Shown one piece after another: positions 59,530-64,000 of a stretch of 64,000 nt of DNA. The notes beneath the pieces are model-generated. The model ran no database searches. It was not told where the DNA came from and worked only from the letters and a program-made list of their open reading frames with translations. Position 1 is the first letter of the stretch, and each line of letters opens with the position of its first letter. Origin of the DNA: Lama glama (taxonomy: Eukaryota). Where the stretch lies: NCBI GenBank assembly GCA_028534125.1, contig CM052832.1, forward strand, positions 8,372,001 to 8,436,000, given 5' to 3'. The position numbers and the translations under genes were made by a program.

Positions 59530-60465
59530 GTAATCAACTGCCTGGGTGTCAGCTCCCCTTAGGTGCCCACTAGGGTCTCAAACTCAACACATCCAAAACC
59601 AAACCCTTGATCTTTCCCTTTAAATGCACTCAATTCACAGCTTCCCCATCACAGCTAATAGCAACTCCATCCTTCCAAGGGCGCAGGACAGAAACCTTGG
59701 AGCCACTATCCACACCTCTCCCCTACATCTTACCTTCAATCATCAGGAAGTCTTGTTGGCTCTACCTTCAAAATATATTCAAAACCCGTGATTCCCAACC
59801 ACCAAGCTGCCATTCCCTCTCTCCTGGATTACTCTTTCTGCTTTTGGACCCTACAGTCTATTCTCTACCCACTCACCAGAGTTGGAGTTGACCCTTTCTA
59901 AGCCCACCTCATCTCTCCTCTGCTCAACACCCTCCAGTGTTACTTCCTACCTGGAGTAAAAGCCAGACCCTCACAATGGCTTCCACACCATCTGACCTCT
60001 GGCCCCTCCCTCCCCTCCACTCTCCAGCCACACTGCCCTCAGACACTCAAGGCACAATCCTGCCTCAGGGCCTTTGCTCCAGCTGTCTTCTTTGCCTTGA
60101 AGGCTTTGCCCTCAAACATCTTCGTGGCTCACTCTTTCACCTCCTTCAGGTTTTGATCCTAAATCTCACCTCTCAATTAAGTCTACTCTGACCGAATTTT
60201 TTTTCTGTAACCACCCTTCTCCCAACACTCTCAATCTTCTCCCCTTATCCTATTAGACTCTAATTTCCAAAGCCCTTATTGGTCTCTAATATACCTTATA
60301 CTTTACTTATTTTTATGTTTTCTTCTTTATCATCTTTCTCAGCCATTAGTGTCAGCTCCACGTGGGCAGGCAAATCCATCAGTTTTGTTTATTGCTGCAT
60401 CCCAAGTACCTAGAACTATGCTTAGCATATAGTAGGTGCTTAATAAATATTTCCTGAGTGAATGA
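59530..60465 (+). mobile_element. L2 LINE 3' fragment
   Basis: tctcaaactcaacacatccaaaacc...ctcagggcctttgc...atagtaggtgcttaataaatattt...gaatga. Confidence 0.85.
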
Positions 60466-60562
60466 GGTGACTGAGCTGGTATATATCCTGAACACACCTG
60501 TGGAAAGCACATCTTGGGGGATTCAGGGTAGGCTACAGGCAAATCCACCTTTTTGCTGAACA

Positions 60563-60640
60563 TTTTTTTTTAATGGAGGAACTGGGGATTGAACTCAGGA
60601 CCTTGTGCATGCACTCTACCACTGAGCTATTCCCATCCCC
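60563..60640 (-). mobile_element. Vic-1-like SINE, short form
   Basis: poly-T then actggggattgaactcaggaccttgtgcatgcactctaccactgagcta. Confidence 0.8.
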
Positions 60641-61904
60641 TGTGCTAAAGACTTCTGAAGGTCTGCCATATGTCAGGTCTTGTGCTGAGCCTGGGAAAGT
60701 GACCAGGGAAAGACATGGTCCCTGCTCTGTAGACTCTACCCAAAGGAGGACGCAAGTACCATCTCCAGAAGCAGGATAGAGGTGATGGTCATTCAATTTA
60801 ATACAAATAGTAATCATTGAGCACATAGCATATGTGAGGCTCTTTGCTAGGACATAAGCTTTACTTTGCCCTTAGGATAGGTCTCATGATTGAAAACACC
60901 TTCACATCCATATCTCCTGGGACACCCACTATCACTGCCACCATAACACCCCCCAAACACTCCCTCCTTTCCTCCCTCTTTTCCTCCCTCCCTACTCTTC
61001 TTCTCTCCTTCTTTCCTTTCTTCTACGACACTTACTGAGCCTCTGCTCCATACGTAACCCAGCAAGGTACGTGTTGTAGGGTACCAAAATGGTTCCAGAG
61101 TCCCAGGAGATTCAATACTACACCCACAACCATTCCAAGAACAAGACCAAGCTGTTAGAAAAAGAACAAAACAAGTCATAGCCCTCAAGAGCAGTTAGAC
61201 ACAACCAAAGATATGAGGAGTTCTCAAGAAGAGAGTAGATCTGAGACAGACCCAAGGGAAAAAAAGGATCTTCAGATATTCCAAGGTAGAAAGGAAGAAG
61301 GCAAAGGATGCCAGGTGGAGGGAGCAGCTTGAACAAAGGCTTAGAGAAGAGAATGAGCTGGTGTGAAGGCCATCAATCTGGTTGGCACAGCAGGGTCATC
61401 CGAAGGGCGGTGGGCTGTGAAGAGCACCCGGCCTCGGTAATGAGTTAGAAGGTCAGCAGCTCGACTGTGCAGCCGGACTTGACAGCAGGCAGTAGAGCAA
61501 AGCACCAACTCTGGAATCACATGGACTGGAACCAGTTCCCGGCCAAGTCCCTTGGGCAAGTCATTTTATCTCTGACTTGGATTTCTCACATGTAAAATAG
61601 AGATATAATTTCCAACTCATAAAATACTTGTGAGGATTAAATGAGATGATGTATATGAAAACTTCTGGCATAGTACCTTGTAGATGCTTTTTTAAAAATG
61701 TTTATTGAATCTGAGAAAATGAAGGCAATGGGTGTGAACCACTCATTCAAGAAGTTTAGTCACGGAAAGAGGGAAACATATTGCACAATTGCCAGAGAGT
61801 GCAGAGCAGGGTCAAGGGAGGCTTTTTTTTTTTTTTTTTAAGTTGAGGAAGACCTGTGGGTGTTTGAAAGCTGAGGAGGATGGGTGCAGCCAAAGGATGG
61901 GCGG

Positions 61905-62050
61905 GCTGGTGATAAAAATGTTCTAAAACTGACTGCGGTGATGGTTGCACAACCCTGCGACTAGACCAAACCAGTGAATTCTCATTTTAAGTGGGTAAAC
62001 TGTATAGCATGTGAATTACATCTCAAGAAAGCTGCTTTTAAAAAAGAAAA
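61905..62050 (+). mobile_element. L1M (L1MB/MC-like) 3' end
   Basis: aaatgttctaaaactgactgcggtgatggttgcacaac...gtgaattacatctcaa plus A tail. Confidence 0.75.
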
Positions 62051-63619
62051 AGCAGGCTGGATAGAACCACATGCTCCTTTGGGAGGCAGGAAGCAGGTAC
62101 TCGGCGAGGGCCCGCCTTAGAGAACAGAGGATGATACTGTGTTCCTCCAAGACAGGGCGGCAGACTGGTGGGCTCACTCCTTGGCACCATGGCCTACTAA
62201 GTGCCATGGTGCTGTGTCAGGGGCTGGGAGGCTGAGATGCCCTCAAGGTGCCCACAGTGCCTGGATGAGTCCAACATGAGCAGAGCCAAGGAGAAAGTAC
62301 ACAGAGTGTGGTGGTGGAAGCCTGGGGATGCTGCCCTGCCCCATCTCACAGTCGTCAACTGGAGGGGGTTGATCTCTCGATCTGAGATAGACTCACCCGT
62401 GGACTCAGAGCTGCGGTCAACAGACACTTGGGCTGTGACCAGGGGATGAGGCACAGCAAGGTAGGGTGCTCCCTAGCCTAACTGGGATAGTTATAGGATG
62501 TGCCCCATCATGGAAGAGGTCAGAGAGTCCTGAAGCCACCACCCCCGATCCTCAAGCCACTTCCATTAGACCTCGACAGGGGACCCCCAAGAACATTTAT
62601 GGAGTCCTCATTGTGTACACAGTTTCAACCTACATGTGGTTTCTTTGTTTTCTTGAGTAAATGCCCCCCACTCCCAAAACACTATGGGTCCTGCTTTTCT
62701 GGTAAAGTGATGCTACTGATGACAGGTTGGTGGAGAGAGGCCTGGTGGGCTTGGGGACCAGGCAAGGCATCAGTTTGGGCCACAGAACACCTCCAAATGG
62801 ACAAACCACAGTTGGAAGAGTACCAAGCGTCAAATTTATCTCTTGAATCAACAGTAGGAGTCTTTGGGAACACACCCCAGACCAACCTGTAATGTCAGGT
62901 GTTCAGCATGTCCTCAGGCATCAGGCTGTCCTTACCACCACCCAGAATTAATCACAGCCTTCCTCTTTGCCCCCACAGAGCCACAACCCTGCTCCCCCCA
63001 TCTATGCCACTCCACCCTGCTCTGGGTTCATCAGGCAAACTGAGGCAGCCTGGGGGAGGGAGGGTCCTAAACAGAGTCCTGGGAACTAGCCCCCCTGGCT
63101 CTGTCCCCAACCTGCTGTGTGACTGCCCTCTGGGCTCTGTCTCCTCATCTGTGAATGCTGCCTGGCACAGAGTAAGGGCTCAGTAACTGTTAACTGTTTG
63201 TATTATTATGACTGTGAGGTAGGAGTGCTCAGTGGTCTCCAAGGTCCCTTCCAGCTCTGGCTGGAGTTCCGCCCACCCTATCATACTTGTCTGCATTTCT
63301 AATTATGCACAATTGTTGCAGTTATTTGTAACCTGGGCATCTCAAATCTGGATGACTCCTTGACCTTGGACCTCCTTGACTTATCCTTTCCTACAACATC
63401 CGATGCAAGGCTTACGCCCATAGAGCCCTTCCCAGCACCTCTGAGGGTTGGGGCATGGGGGGTCCTCACAAGTCTTTCCTCCTGAAGCCCTCTGCCATGT
63501 GGTGATCTGCTCCAAAGCTTCACTAGGCCTACGTCTATGTGGCAGGCTTTCGTGAAGGTTCACGGGTACGGTGGAAAATTACAGCACAGAGCAGGAAGCA
63601 GCTTCAACACTGAGGTGAA

Positions 63620-63995
63620 ACAATGGGAGTCTGGGTAAATAAACCTCAGTACACACACAATGTAATACTGTGCAGGTGAAAAAAAAAAAGTGAAAGCTCC
63701 TGCTGTCCAAGGAACGATCACTAAGTAAATATCAAGCTGGGAGCAGGATACTGTGAATGAAGCAGGATATTGGGAAAGAAAGGAGGAGCTAGGGAAGGGA
63801 CCATATATTTCTATACATTTGCTGTTTGTGCACAGAGTATCTCTGGGAAGCCACATGAGATACTGGTGGGTCACCTTAGTGGCTGGGAGTGGGGGCAACG
63901 GGGACTTTTCATTGTTAACACCTTTGTACACTTAAAATTTTGAAATATGCACATACGTTACCTACTAACAAAAAAATATATAAAAACATTTTAAA
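63620..63995 (+). mobile_element. Old L1ME-like 3' fragment
   Basis: atgtaatactgtgcagg...aagcaggatattgg...gggacttttcatt; strongly diverged. Confidence 0.5.
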
Positions 63996-64000
63996 TCAAG

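Noticed and set aside
1..64000. CRISPR arrays, operons, rRNA or other prokaryotic systems
   Set aside because: Sequence is clearly mammalian; I saw no repeat-spacer array or foreign coding insert.

Overview
Mammalian genomic DNA containing the complete VEGFA gene on the minus strand (inferred transcript about 16341 to 377, eight exons, all GT-AG introns) followed by about 47 kb of upstream intergenic sequence rich in old repeats (MIR, L2, L1, MaLR/ERVL LTRs, MER DNA transposons). Four tRNA-derived SINEs resembling the camelid Vic-1 family suggest an alpaca, llama or camel genome. The known VEGFA control layers are visible: CUG-initiated 180-codon extension, MDG uORF, 5'UTR G-tract, HRE, CTCF site, intron-1 ERR cluster, stop-codon readthrough frame and 3'UTR CARE/AU-rich switch region. 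I found no second protein-coding gene and no wholly new system. The most interesting observations are apparent lineage-specific changes: the exon 8b/readthrough tail is CLTRKD rather than SLTRKD, the proximal promoter G-quadruplex tract is eroded, exon 6b is disabled, the 3'UTR AU stem is a perfect 38-nt palindrome, and a MER53 element carries a two-piece locally templated insertion. Comparisons with human sequence and repeat family names are from memory and need alignment or RepeatMasker confirmation; repeat boundaries are approximate.
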